From a virus, in IMG/VR virus record IMGVR_UViG_3300035703_000067, positions 7,592-71,591 of that record: a stretch of DNA of 64,000 nucleotides; one strand, given 5' to 3'. A program made the position numbers and the translations under genes. The notes under the pieces are model-generated. The model made no database searches and was not told the origin of the DNA. It saw only the letters and a program-made list of their open reading frames with translations. Numbering within the stretch: the first letter of the stretch is position 1; every line of letters starts with the position of its first letter. Positions 19,650-29,598 of the stretch are shown one piece after another.

Positions 19650-20009
19650 ATGACACAACAACATCCCATCACCCCACCGCCTGAGCTGATTCAGAAGTGG
19701 TCAGAACAGTTTGAAGCAGGGAGATCACTCTATGCAATGTTTGAAGATATTTACAGAGCAGGAGCAGACGCTGAGCTTGAGGCGTGCTGTGAGTGGCTGG
19801 TCAGCGAAGGGTGGTTCAAATACGAACACGAGGCTGTGGAAGATCTCCGCGCCGCCCGCCGCCCCAAGCCGCCGAGCTTGAAGGAGCAGGCGCTACAGGC
19901 CCTTGCCGAAGCTGACCTTGGTTCAACGGAAGCGGAGTGGTCTCAACGCTTCGACACCATCCGCCGCGCCCTTGAACAACTTCCCAACCACACAAGTGAG
20001 GAACTCTAA
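19650..20009 (+). CDS. Hypothetical phage protein
   Basis: HPITPPPEL...GADAELEACCEWL...LRAARRPKPPSLKEQAL. Confidence 0.7.
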   Translation: MTQQHPITPPPELIQKWSEQFEAGRSLYAMFEDIYRAGADAELEACCEWLVSEGWFKYEHEAVEDLRAARRPKPPSLKEQALQALAEADLGSTEAEWSQRFDTIRRALEQLPNHTSEEL

Positions 20010-20062
20010 AGACCCGCAAAGACTACAAGAATCTGGACGATGCCATTTGCCCTAATCACACC

Positions 20063-20317
20063 ATGACTGACTGGAAAGCACTCTGCCGTGAATTAGTCAC
20101 TGCTGTCGAATCAAACTGCAAGGAGCACATCATCAGCCACGATCTGAACTGCGCCTACATGAAGGCAGATGCCGCCCTGGCCCAGCCCGAGCCGGAAGCG
20201 CCGACGGATGAGGAGTTGCTGTTTGCGTTCTACGAAGCATCACTGGCTGAAGGAGGCGATACCGACGAGGTAACGCTCAGGGGTCTTCGCGCCGTTCTCG
20301 CCCGCTGGGGCAAGTAG
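20063..20317 (+). CDS. Hypothetical phage protein
   Basis: MTDWKALCREL...ALAQPEPEAPTDEEL...RAVLARWG. Confidence 0.7.
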   Translation: MTDWKALCRELVTAVESNCKEHIISHDLNCAYMKADAALAQPEPEAPTDEELLFAFYEASLAEGGDTDEVTLRGLRAVLARWGK

Positions 20318-20362
20318 TCACCTTCTTTACTCAAGCCCCACTCCTCACACAACGTCATAACG

Positions 20363-20632
20363 ATGTCGTCAAAGCGCCTCGAAACCAAGGTTTACCTCAC
20401 CTCCGAAGAACGCGAAGCCCTCGACCGCGAAGCCACCCGCCTTCTCATCACGCGAGGCCAACTCATCCGAGAGCGTGCCCTCGGCATCGCCGCTCCTCGC
20501 CCCGCAACCCCTCAGATCTACGCCCGTGCCGTCGAGAAAGCCGCTCGCGTGGTCTCCGGCGTCCCCCGCCCGCATTTGGAAGCAATCGTCGCGTCTGTGG
20601 TTTGCACGTTGAGCGAGGCAGAAGCTGGCTAG
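20363..20632 (+). CDS. RHH/MobC-like DNA-binding protein
   Basis: TKVYLTSEEREALDREA..L.ITRGQLIRERAL. Confidence 0.65.
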   Translation: MSSKRLETKVYLTSEEREALDREATRLLITRGQLIRERALGIAAPRPATPQIYARAVEKAARVVSGVPRPHLEAIVASVVCTLSEAEAG

Positions 20633-20672
20633 ACTTCGACCAGATTCGGAATAGTTCAGCAGAACTCGGAAG

Positions 20673-21155
20673 ATGCCAGCACGAAACGCCTCGTTTATCG
20701 ATGGTCTCCGCGAGAACGAGCGAATGGCTGCAGAGTTGCTCGCCCGGGGCAAGACGTGTCGGGAAGTAGCCCGTGCGTTAGGCATCTCCGAGCGTGCGCT
20801 TTACAACTGGCGCAAGCGCCCAGCAGTGCAACGTGCGGTCTACGCCTTACAGCAAGAGCTGATCGACACCTCGGAATCAAAGGGCCTGGCGCTCATGCCC
20901 GAGGCGATCACGACGTTGACGGAAATCATGAACGACCCCTCGGCGCGCGCTGCAGATCGCATCGCGGCCTCACGCGCCTTACTGAATGGCGCCGCCGCCT
21001 ACCAAGAGCGCAAGATGCTCGAGCGCACGGTGTCCGACCTCGAAGCGCAGATCTACGGCTTGCTCCAGGTGCCAGGCGTCGAAGTCCCCGAGAGCGAGGA
21101 CGACCTCGCCGATGACCTCGACCTGCTCAAGAGCGCCGACCCAGAGGACGCGTGA
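20673..21155 (+). CDS. terS: Terminase small subunit (putative)
   Basis: N-terminal HTH (REVARALGISERALYNW); directly upstream of and overlapping terL. Confidence 0.75.
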   Translation: MPARNASFIDGLRENERMAAELLARGKTCREVARALGISERALYNWRKRPAVQRAVYALQQELIDTSESKGLALMPEAITTLTEIMNDPSARAADRIAASRALLNGAAAYQERKMLERTVSDLEAQIYGLLQVPGVEVPESEDDLADDLDLLKSADPEDA

Positions 21156-22633
21156 CGGCCTCCATCGCCCAGCTCCAACGCCGGGCCGACAAACTCCGCC
21201 AAGAACTCGCCCGCCGCAAGGCGCGCTCGGCGAACTTCGACCCCGCCATCGCCCCGACGAAGCTCCCCGGCGTCGACGACTGGCCAGCGTTCGCGCGGCG
21301 CACCTGGATCCGCACAGCCGGCACGGTCGCCCCCTTCGTGCCCTACGCCTACCAAGAGGAGCTAGTGCGCTCGATCAACACGCACCCCAACACGATCATC
21401 AACAAGTCGCGCCAGATGGGCGCCTCCGAGACGGTCTGCTCCTACTTGCTATGCCGAGCCCTCACCGAGCGCGGCTTCGCAGCGGTGGTCTTCTCCAAGA
21501 CCCAACAGGACGCCTCCGAGCTGGGGCGCCGCGTGCGCGCCATGGCCAACAGCATCGAGGGCGAGGCCATCCGCTACCTCACGGACTCCAATACGCAGAT
21601 CGCCATCGAAGGCCGGGGCACGTTGTACTTCCTCCCCGCCTCACCGCGCGCAGCGCGGGGCATCCCGTCCTGCTCCGTGCTGTTCATGGACGAAGGCGCC
21701 TTCCTCGACGGTGCCGCCGAGATCTACCGGGGCGCCATGCCAACCCTCTCGATGGTGGGCGAAGCCGCCAAGGTGATCGTCACCTCGACCCCCGACACCG
21801 AACTCGACTGGTTTGGCCAGCTCTGGCATCAAGGCACACCACCTGACTGGTACGAGTACGTCAAGCGCCGCGACATCAACGGGCTCAACACCCTGCTCGC
21901 CCGGGTGAAGGACTCGTGGAACCGCGTGGCGATCCACTACTCACAACATCCGATCTACGGCTTCGACCCCGAGTGGGCGCGGAAGACCCGCGAGTCGCGT
22001 CGGATGACCCAGGCCGCATGGGACTCCGAGTACGAGCTGGCGTTCGGAGCGACGGACACCCAGATCTACCCATCGGAACTGATTCGCCGCGCCACGCGAG
22101 GCCACTGGCGCGAGTGCGGTTCGATTGGCCGCACCTACGTGATCGGCGTCGACCCAAACGCCGGGGGCAACGACTACTTCACAGCGATCGTGTTGGACAT
22201 CACCGAGCGTCCCTACGAGGTTGTAGGGATGTACCACGAGAACGGCAAGAGCACCGATTACAGCTTGCGTCATGTGAAAGCCTTGATAGACGATTACCTA
22301 CCGGAGCGGGTAATCGTGGAAAAGCAGGCGATGGGCGCTGTGATTGCAGAAGCGCTCTCAACCGTCCTGCCAAACTATGCTATCGAAACTTTCAGCACCA
22401 GTCGCCCGAGCAAGATCGTTGCTACCGATCGCATCTTGTTCTTGATGGAGCACGATGAGCTGATCTTCCCCGAGGGCGTGATACCGAATGAGCTACGAGC
22501 TTTCCAGCAAAAGGAAAGTGGTAACCGCGAAGCCGCCTCAGGAGCGCACGATGACGCGGTGATGGCCCTGGCCTTCGCCTGCCACGCCATCCCAGAGACA
22601 CCAAACACTGCAGGGTTCTTCGCCCACATTTAA
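21152..22633 (+). CDS. terL: Terminase large subunit
   Basis: PYAYQ, KSRQMGAS Walker A, LFMDEGAF Walker B, TSTP, IGVDP, HDDAVMALA. Confidence 0.95.
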   Translation: MTASIAQLQRRADKLRQELARRKARSANFDPAIAPTKLPGVDDWPAFARRTWIRTAGTVAPFVPYAYQEELVRSINTHPNTIINKSRQMGASETVCSYLLCRALTERGFAAVVFSKTQQDASELGRRVRAMANSIEGEAIRYLTDSNTQIAIEGRGTLYFLPASPRAARGIPSCSVLFMDEGAFLDGAAEIYRGAMPTLSMVGEAAKVIVTSTPDTELDWFGQLWHQGTPPDWYEYVKRRDINGLNTLLARVKDSWNRVAIHYSQHPIYGFDPEWARKTRESRRMTQAAWDSEYELAFGATDTQIYPSELIRRATRGHWRECGSIGRTYVIGVDPNAGGNDYFTAIVLDITERPYEVVGMYHENGKSTDYSLRHVKALIDDYLPERVIVEKQAMGAVIAEALSTVLPNYAIETFSTSRPSKIVATDRILFLMEHDELIFPEGVIPNELRAFQQKESGNREAASGAHDDAVMALAFACHAIPETPNTAGFFAHI

Positions 22634-22669
22634 TAGTTTGACGCAGACTTTAATTGTACAAGTCAAAAG

Positions 22670-23005
22670 CTAAGCGCAACTTGTATCGACATTATGGATC
22701 CATTTCCAGATTTCCGCCTCACGCAATGGGTCCCAGAACTCCTGCTGGCGATACCAGTCGAACCAAACGCTATGGCCTTTCTGCGAATTGCAAAGTAGGC
22801 AGCACCCAACAAGGTTCTCCCTAACTGTCACACCACCATGAGCTTTTGGGATGACATGATCAAGGGTCGCTCCTCTCCCTAAGTCTTCATCGCAATAAGC
22901 ACAGCATCCATTCCATTTATCTAAAACAACGCGCCTAAGTCGAGTCTTTGCATCGCGCTTGGTTACTAGCTCAGAGCCATCGATCTGATGGTCCACCATG
23001 AGCAT
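22670..23005 (-). CDS. HNH endonuclease
   Basis: CAYC...TLDHVIPKAHGG...NLVGCCLLCNSQKG. Confidence 0.9.
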   Translation of the reverse strand: MLMVDHQIDGSELVTKRDAKTRLRRVVLDKWNGCCAYCDEDLGRGATLDHVIPKAHGGVTVRENLVGCCLLCNSQKGHSVWFDWYRQQEFWDPLREAEIWKWIHNVDTSCA

Positions 23006-23179
23006 TGGCGCCGTTGCCCCAAGGCTATCGAGGGCGCCCTAAGCGGGGAACAACAAGTTTGCCTTAACTTTAATTGTATAACCAATAGATTCGCCTAATG
23101 GAAAAACGCCTTCAGTTCAACTTGGCTTAGACCTCAGGCAGCCAGCGATAAACTTTGCATATCAGTTGGGTGCTAAGCC

Positions 23180-24982
23180 GTGGCCTCTACTTCTACCGAA
23201 GCGTTCCGGAATGATGGGGCCTTAGTAAATATATTGTCCGGAATGGGTGTATCCACCAAGGACAAGACTGTAGCAACCATAGTAGGTGCAAAACCAATAC
23301 TAACTGAAGGCGAACTCGAAGCTCTATACGCACATGGAATACCCAGACGCTACGTCGACTCCATCTCCGACGAGATCCTGCGCCACCAGACCACGATCAC
23401 GCTGGGCGGCGACGACGAGGAAAACGCCAACGACCTGATCGCATCGTTCGAGGAATTCCTGAAGGCCACGCAATTCCACCACGCCTTCTCCGAGGTCGTG
23501 AAGCTGCAGCGCCTCTACGGCGGCGCCGGCCTGGTGCTCCTCATCGATGACGGCCTCCCGCCCGAAGAGCCCGTCGACATCAATCGCATCCGCTCGATCC
23601 AGGGCTATGTGCCCCTGTCGCGGCACGAGCTAATCCCCGAGGACTTCACGATCACCGACTACACCAAGCCCTCGCACTACCGGATCACGACAGCGCAGCG
23701 TCTGACCCCTGAGCAACAGGGGCAGTACGTCAACGTGCGGATCCATTCCTCGAGGGTGGCGCGCTTCGACGGGCTCTACCTGCCTTGGAACGTGCGCGTG
23801 CGCAACACCGGCTGGGGCCTTCCGGTACTCCAACTCGTCTGGGAGGCATACAAGCGCTACGAGAGCGCCATGTCGGGCCTGGAGTCGATGACGACTGACT
23901 CCGACCTGTTTGTCCACAAGATCCCAGGCCTGTTCAACCGCATCGCCACCGGCAACGAGAGCGACCTGCGCAAGCGACTGGAGGCCAACAACCTTTCACG
24001 CAGCGTCTATGGCGGCATGGTCGTGGACGTGGAGGAGGAGCTGCAGTTCCTCAACCGCGCCCTGAGCAACATCGCCTCCGCGACCGAGCCCTTCATCAAG
24101 GATCTCCAAGCAGCGACGGGTTGGCCCGCCTCGATCCTGATGGGCGACTCCCCCGGTGGCCTGGGCAAGGAAGGCCGCTTCGAGGAGCGCGTCTGGGCCT
24201 CGATTGTCGAGCAATGGCAAGAGGTCTATTGCCGCACGGCGGTGACCGAGGTGTTCCGGTACATCCTCGTCTCGCGCGAAGGCCCAGCCCGAGGACGGCC
24301 CCCTGAAAAGTGGAGCGTCGAATTCCCGAGCGTCTTCACGGAGACAGACAGCGAAAAAGCAGCGTTGCGACTGCAGGTAGCACAAGTTGATGCTCAGTAC
24401 ATCAATCTGGGCGTACTAAATGCATTAGAGGTACGTGAGGCAAGGTTTGGAGGAACCGAATATAGCATAGAAACAACATTAGATCCTAATGTCTCAAGCA
24501 TGCTGACTGAACAAACCAACATGCAGTTCGAGACACAAATGATAGGTATGCAAGCACAGAATGAAGCAGTTCAGAACCCACAAGAGGAGGAAGAACAACA
24601 ACCAGAAGAAGAGACTGAAGAGGAAGCTAAAACAGACTCTATCGACTATATAAATGCCCACGGCTACCGTATAGCAGTCGTAGCGCGCCTGGGCGATGTG
24701 AGCAAAGGAGTTTTAATAGCACCCGATGGACAAAGAGTAGACTCTAAACGTGCCTCAGTATTCGTAGTAGGTCCACAAAGAGCGTACGGACGTAAGTTGT
24801 ACAAGACCAGATTCGACGTACAGGGCGAACTTGTTGAAGGTCCGTATGCCATAGGCTTCCGCACGATCAAAGCAGCGAAGCAAGCAATCGCTTCTTTCTA
24901 TCCTCGGCAGAATGTGGCAGGGCTATCCCCCGTATCCGAGGGCGAGGCCGAAGCCCTTCGCGCCGGTTGGGAGCAGTACTGA
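23180..24982 (+). CDS. Portal protein (DUF1073-type) with acidic linker and C-terminal extra domain
   Basis: Position after terL; RLYGGA, RIHSSRV, GWG.PVLQ, LMGDSPGGLG, EVREAR. Confidence 0.9.
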   Translation: MASTSTEAFRNDGALVNILSGMGVSTKDKTVATIVGAKPILTEGELEALYAHGIPRRYVDSISDEILRHQTTITLGGDDEENANDLIASFEEFLKATQFHHAFSEVVKLQRLYGGAGLVLLIDDGLPPEEPVDINRIRSIQGYVPLSRHELIPEDFTITDYTKPSHYRITTAQRLTPEQQGQYVNVRIHSSRVARFDGLYLPWNVRVRNTGWGLPVLQLVWEAYKRYESAMSGLESMTTDSDLFVHKIPGLFNRIATGNESDLRKRLEANNLSRSVYGGMVVDVEEELQFLNRALSNIASATEPFIKDLQAATGWPASILMGDSPGGLGKEGRFEERVWASIVEQWQEVYCRTAVTEVFRYILVSREGPARGRPPEKWSVEFPSVFTETDSEKAALRLQVAQVDAQYINLGVLNALEVREARFGGTEYSIETTLDPNVSSMLTEQTNMQFETQMIGMQAQNEAVQNPQEEEEQQPEEETEEEAKTDSIDYINAHGYRIAVVARLGDVSKGVLIAPDGQRVDSKRASVFVVGPQRAYGRKLYKTRFDVQGELVEGPYAIGFRTIKAAKQAIASFYPRQNVAGLSPVSEGEAEALRAGWEQY

Positions 24983-27774
24983 TGAGCGAGCAACGCCCTA
25001 CGACCCCGGAAGCCGCACGAGCTGCTGCTTATCTTGCGGCGAAAGAGCGCCTTGATCTCAAAGGCAAAGTCAAATGCAATCCCCCTAATAGAGCGTGCGG
25101 GGACCGTTGCATTCCTCCCAACTGGAAGTGCCGCGTAAAGGGAGAAGGGACAGACTCCCATTCACGAGTCATCGCTGGGGACCCTTTAGCAGGGGCGGCT
25201 TCGATTGCCCGAGGCCGAAAGCGCTTGGCAAAAGGACTCAGAAAGGGAAGAGTTGAAGAAATTCAAGCAGGTCGAGCTGCTATTGCCAGGGGCATTGTAA
25301 AAGCAGTTCCAGGTAAAAACATCAAGCAAAAACAAGAGCTAAGAAAAACAGTAGAAACAGTTATTCTCCCTGTTGCTACTGGCTTATTCGCTGCTTGGGC
25401 ACTACGGCAAGGACACGAAGCAGCCAAACTTCTATTCCCGGCCTATGCACAAGGACCAGGCAAGGACATCGAGAACGCCGCAGGCACAACTGTAGGATTC
25501 GTTCTCGACAGGATCCCCATCTACGGGGAAAAAAGAAGACTGGAAAGGAAGATTGGCAATCAAAGAGCAAATATGCTCGCAAATGCCGCTACTTTCGGAG
25601 CAAATAATGCAGCCCCTTCTGTACCTAGTGCGGACAACACATATTTTAGCAAACTCTCTAGATCGGTAAGTGGAGCCAGCAAAGCAGTCAACGAAGGTCT
25701 AACCGCTGTTCATCCGGAAAAAGGAATTAAACCATACGATACTTTTAGGTCTGATCTTTTAAGTGGTGTATTGGGGGCCACAATAAAAGGAAAGGGTGCG
25801 GATGGCTCGGATCGAGTAAGCGCCTACGCAGAACCAGCCACAATAAGGTTTATGTCTAAGCAGTTTGGTCTCGACCCTGCGACTCTAAAAGGTGGAGCGT
25901 ACGGAGAACAACAAAAGAACTGGCTCATAGATGGCGTAGCACAGCAACTACAAAAGGGAAGAGAACAGCTGCGTGCTGACATGGCCGTTAGAGGACTAAG
26001 CTATAAAAAACCCGAAGACGTAGAAAAGTACGTAGACATCGCAGTGGACAATGCTAGAACAACTCTAGGTAAAGCTCAAAAAGGTAAAAGCGAAGAGGCA
26101 GTAGCCGACTACAGGAGCATGGTTCGCTCTCTCATTAAAGGAGGCGAGGCTCAGAGTACGAAGGCGTTAGCAGATGAAATGTACGTAAAAACATTCAACG
26201 GATTTGATAATTACTTCAAAACCGCAGCCGAGCGCGTCAAAGACGACACTGACGCACGTCGACAAGTCGGAGCGGCCGCCTCAAGGACTTCTCCAGTGAA
26301 AGATACTCTTATCGGTGTAGCAGAGCGTATTAAAACAAAAGTAGGCATGAATTCACCTATTGCTGGGGCTAATCATGCCGAACTGGTCATACTTAAGGTA
26401 TACCATGAGTATTCACTAACTAGCAAAAAGAAATTTGCTAGAGATATTAACGGCAATAACACATGGACAGCTTCCGACTCAACCATTAGGTACGCCGCCC
26501 AAGATCTTGGCTGGGATGGCTCTGGTGGGACCGAGGGCGCTTACAAGCACTTACGCGCTACTGGGCAATTCGCCAGGCTGGCGTGGGGGAACGTATCCAC
26601 AGCCCCTGCTAGACCGCGTAGCCAGAATAAGCAGCAACGCCTTGGAGATCTAATTCGTAGTGTAAGGAAAAGAAAAGGAAACGAGAACCTCTCGATGGAG
26701 CAGATTATTGCTATAGCAAAGCAAGAGCTCAATAGAGATGATAGCGACGATATGCCTGTCCGGGTGAAAGCATACCTCGAGATGCGATTGAGGCAAGACA
26801 AGAAGTGCGGAGCCTCCTACATCTCAGACAATAAAAAGTGCACAAAAGCAAATAAAGGACCCAACTCTAAAGACGACACCGAAGTATTTACCAAGACTCT
26901 GGTCGCAAGCACCGCTTTAGTGGGCGGAGTAGCCGTGACCGCAACCGTAGCAAGCAGTATCGATGATGTAGTTAAAGAGCGGTCTAGGCAGTTCGGAGAA
27001 CCTACTCTCTCAACGTTCACGGGAAAGATAGGGAATCCAGATATTTACAGAAAAAGTGTTATTCGTACTCTCTCATCAGGTCATTTTGGCGACACTGCCC
27101 TCAGTGAAGTAAATAACGCAATGTACGTTGTAAAAACTCCTAAGCAGTCCCCCAAGAGTGCGCGCGTTGCAGCAGGGGCCGGCTTGGACAGTAAAGCGCG
27201 GCGCAACTTGTATCGATCACAAGGGCGCATAACCAGAAGTGAAGTTGTGAATAACACAATCGCAGGTGATATTGGAGTCGCCCCTAAAGTCGTTGCAGCA
27301 AATCGCAACACCCTAGTTACAGAACACGTAAAAGGGCAACCTCTGCGGAAACTAGACGATAAATCCCTGGTAGCCCTAAATGAGTCTTTGGGTAAGCTAC
27401 ATAGAGCGGGAATTGCCCATAACGATCTGAAACCCGCTAATATCTTTATGAATGACAAAGGGAAGGCTGTCTTAATCGATTTCGGCCTCTCGTCCAATTC
27501 GCCCGGGGCTGTAGCCGGAGAGTGGTATAGAGCAATGAACAGTCGTAGCTCTAACCCACTTATAGGTATTACCAAGACTGCGACCGGTAGTCTGAATCTA
27601 AAGCGTCTAAACCCCGAAGGATACAAAAGTGCAGAAAAAGCATTATCAGCCGTAATAGGCGGAAAGGTAAGTGAATCACGTCTGACGCAGGCTGCAAAAG
27701 ACGCAAAAAAAGCTCGTCAGATACAGCTAGTCATAAATAACTACTACGCAGGTAAGTACAATCAGAACAAATGA
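24982..27774 (+). CDS. Modular head-associated polyprotein: two Cys-tag/hydrophobic modules, large unknown domain, C-terminal Ser/Thr-kinase-like domain
   Basis: RLD..KC..CGDRCIPPNWKC; RQDKKCGASYISDNKKC; kinase SGHFG, VVK, HNDLKPANI, DFG. Confidence 0.8.
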   Translation: MSEQRPTTPEAARAAAYLAAKERLDLKGKVKCNPPNRACGDRCIPPNWKCRVKGEGTDSHSRVIAGDPLAGAASIARGRKRLAKGLRKGRVEEIQAGRAAIARGIVKAVPGKNIKQKQELRKTVETVILPVATGLFAAWALRQGHEAAKLLFPAYAQGPGKDIENAAGTTVGFVLDRIPIYGEKRRLERKIGNQRANMLANAATFGANNAAPSVPSADNTYFSKLSRSVSGASKAVNEGLTAVHPEKGIKPYDTFRSDLLSGVLGATIKGKGADGSDRVSAYAEPATIRFMSKQFGLDPATLKGGAYGEQQKNWLIDGVAQQLQKGREQLRADMAVRGLSYKKPEDVEKYVDIAVDNARTTLGKAQKGKSEEAVADYRSMVRSLIKGGEAQSTKALADEMYVKTFNGFDNYFKTAAERVKDDTDARRQVGAAASRTSPVKDTLIGVAERIKTKVGMNSPIAGANHAELVILKVYHEYSLTSKKKFARDINGNNTWTASDSTIRYAAQDLGWDGSGGTEGAYKHLRATGQFARLAWGNVSTAPARPRSQNKQQRLGDLIRSVRKRKGNENLSMEQIIAIAKQELNRDDSDDMPVRVKAYLEMRLRQDKKCGASYISDNKKCTKANKGPNSKDDTEVFTKTLVASTALVGGVAVTATVASSIDDVVKERSRQFGEPTLSTFTGKIGNPDIYRKSVIRTLSSGHFGDTALSEVNNAMYVVKTPKQSPKSARVAAGAGLDSKARRNLYRSQGRITRSEVVNNTIAGDIGVAPKVVAANRNTLVTEHVKGQPLRKLDDKSLVALNESLGKLHRAGIAHNDLKPANIFMNDKGKAVLIDFGLSSNSPGAVAGEWYRAMNSRSSNPLIGITKTATGSLNLKRLNPEGYKSAEKALSAVIGGKVSESRLTQAAKDAKKARQIQLVINNYYAGKYNQNK

Positions 27775-28658
27775 CTATTCCTATCGTAGAGAGGTATAAC
27801 AAGATATTATCTACCACGGAGTCGGAAACAATAAGTGTGCTCGACCGGGTCCTCGACCAGAGCTTCAACCGCCTAGTGCGCCGAGCTCGGGTCCATATGC
27901 GGATTGGTCTTATCGACCCAGTCCAGCGCAACCTCGCTCTGCTTCAAGAATTCAGACAGCTCGTCCCTTCTTTCCGCCCAGATCGCGTCGATGCCTACGA
28001 CAAGGTGCTTCAAGGCTTAATAGGACAAGCAAGCACACGGGGCATCGAGGTTGCGGACAATCTCACCCAACGCATGGCGCCCGAGCGTCCTCGGGTGGAT
28101 GTCTCCATTCCCCTCGAGGCGACCGTGGCCGCAGCGGCACAAGCCAAGGGCTATTTGCGCAAGCATGGTGAACGCTTTGCCACCACCTCAGCCGAGGTCG
28201 TAGCCCAAGGCATCGCCGAAGGTCGCCCCACCGACAGCATGGTCCGCGACATGCGCTCCCGGCTCAGTGTGGTGAAGTCGCGCGCCGAGATGATCGTCCG
28301 CACAGAGTCGCTACGTGCCTACAACGAGGCGTCCAATACGTACTACGCCGCGCAAGGCGTGGAACTTTGTATGTGGTACGCCACCGCTGATGATCGCGCG
28401 TGCTCCATCTGCGCCCCTCGCGCCGGGCAGATCTACAAGCGCTCCGAGATCAAGGCACCATGCCACCCCCGGTGCCGGTGCTACCTCGCTCCCTGGGATC
28501 CCGAGATCGCAGCGATGGACCCCGAGTACGCCGGCCAACGTCAACGACACGCTGACGAAATACGCAAAGCGTATAAACAGCTCTCCAAAGAGCCTGCCAA
28601 CTTGAATCGCGCAGCAGTCTTTGAGCAACTGGCGCCCACACCGGTTGCAACGCCGTAA
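27771..28658 (+). CDS. MuF / SPP1 gp7-like minor head protein (short form, no toxin extension)
   Basis: RAEMIVRTESLRAYN, W.ATADDRACSIC, PCHPRCRC. Confidence 0.9.
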   Translation: MTIPIVERYNKILSTTESETISVLDRVLDQSFNRLVRRARVHMRIGLIDPVQRNLALLQEFRQLVPSFRPDRVDAYDKVLQGLIGQASTRGIEVADNLTQRMAPERPRVDVSIPLEATVAAAAQAKGYLRKHGERFATTSAEVVAQGIAEGRPTDSMVRDMRSRLSVVKSRAEMIVRTESLRAYNEASNTYYAAQGVELCMWYATADDRACSICAPRAGQIYKRSEIKAPCHPRCRCYLAPWDPEIAAMDPEYAGQRQRHADEIRKAYKQLSKEPANLNRAAVFEQLAPTPVATP

Positions 28659-28720
28659 CCGACTTCTGATCCATCCATAGACTGTCCATATCCGTAACCG
28701 GGCGGACGCGCCCTTAAGTC

Positions 28721-29596
28721 ATGCCTGCGATGAAGAAGCGCCCGCCCATGGAAATGGAGCCCGAGATGGAGGAGCAGCGCGAATCCGAGGGCGTCCGCGA
28801 AGGTGAGGACGACATGCCAATGGGCAAGACCAACCGCAAGCGCAGCGCAAAGAACGCCAAACGCACCAAAGCCCCCATGGACGGTGGCATGTACGGCAAA
28901 AAGCCGATGGACGGCGAAGGCTGCGGATGCGGAGGCCGCAAGGGCAAAGGCAAGTGCGACGGCAACTGCGGCAAGAAGATGGATCGGAACGATGCCCTCA
29001 CGCCTCAGGAGTACCTCGACGCATGTGAGCTCGGTATCCAAGGCCGCTCCCGCTCCTACATCCGAGCACGGCTGGACGCGGAGGAGCGCATCGACAAGAA
29101 GTGCGGAGCCAGTGGTATTCCCGACAACAAGAAGTGCCGCATTGGCAGTGGTGGAAGCAGTGATCTCGCTGGAAAGGCAAAACAGGCTGCTAATGCGTAC
29201 AACCGTAAGGCTGGTAAAGGTATTAGTGTAGGTAAAGCACTGCTAGGTGCTGCAGTAATTGGGGGAGGCGTTCTCGCCGCACGCGAAGCTGGCCGAGCTA
29301 TAGAAGAAGGCAACGCCAAGAAGGAGCAACTCAATCGAGTCAATAAACTTCGTCAAAAAGGACCTGCAGGCAAAGAAGCCGCACAGCGCCTCGTTAATAA
29401 GTATAAAGAATCTAGACCCAACTCTGCAGCACGTGATCGCAGAGCTGCACGTAACAGAAAGCTTCTAATGCCAGGAGTCGATCCTGCGCCTGCGAAAAAG
29501 ACACAACGACGGGTGCGCAGGCAAGGGAAAGTCGTAGTGCTTAACTCGATGTATGCAGACGGATTTGCATTTGATCCCGCACTGCTCGGTATTTGA
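28721..29596 (+). CDS. Cys-tag module protein with low-complexity Cys/Gly/Lys N-terminus
   Basis: RIDKKCGASGIPDNKKC + ALLGAAVIGGGVLAA; C-terminal NSMYADGF. Confidence 0.8.
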   Translation: MPAMKKRPPMEMEPEMEEQRESEGVREGEDDMPMGKTNRKRSAKNAKRTKAPMDGGMYGKKPMDGEGCGCGGRKGKGKCDGNCGKKMDRNDALTPQEYLDACELGIQGRSRSYIRARLDAEERIDKKCGASGIPDNKKCRIGSGGSSDLAGKAKQAANAYNRKAGKGISVGKALLGAAVIGGGVLAAREAGRAIEEGNAKKEQLNRVNKLRQKGPAGKEAAQRLVNKYKESRPNSAARDRRAARNRKLLMPGVDPAPAKKTQRRVRRQGKVVVLNSMYADGFAFDPALLGI

Positions 29597-29598
29597 TC

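Noticed and set aside
23180-24982. Anti-CBASS (Acb1-type) label sometimes attached to DUF1073 proteins
   Set aside because: Position and motifs indicate a portal; no paired HxT phosphoesterase motifs seen in the extension.
27771-28658. Classical MuF toxin-immunity pair
   Set aside because: MuF is short with no toxin tail, and the next ORF is a tag-bearing protein rather than an immunity-like gene.
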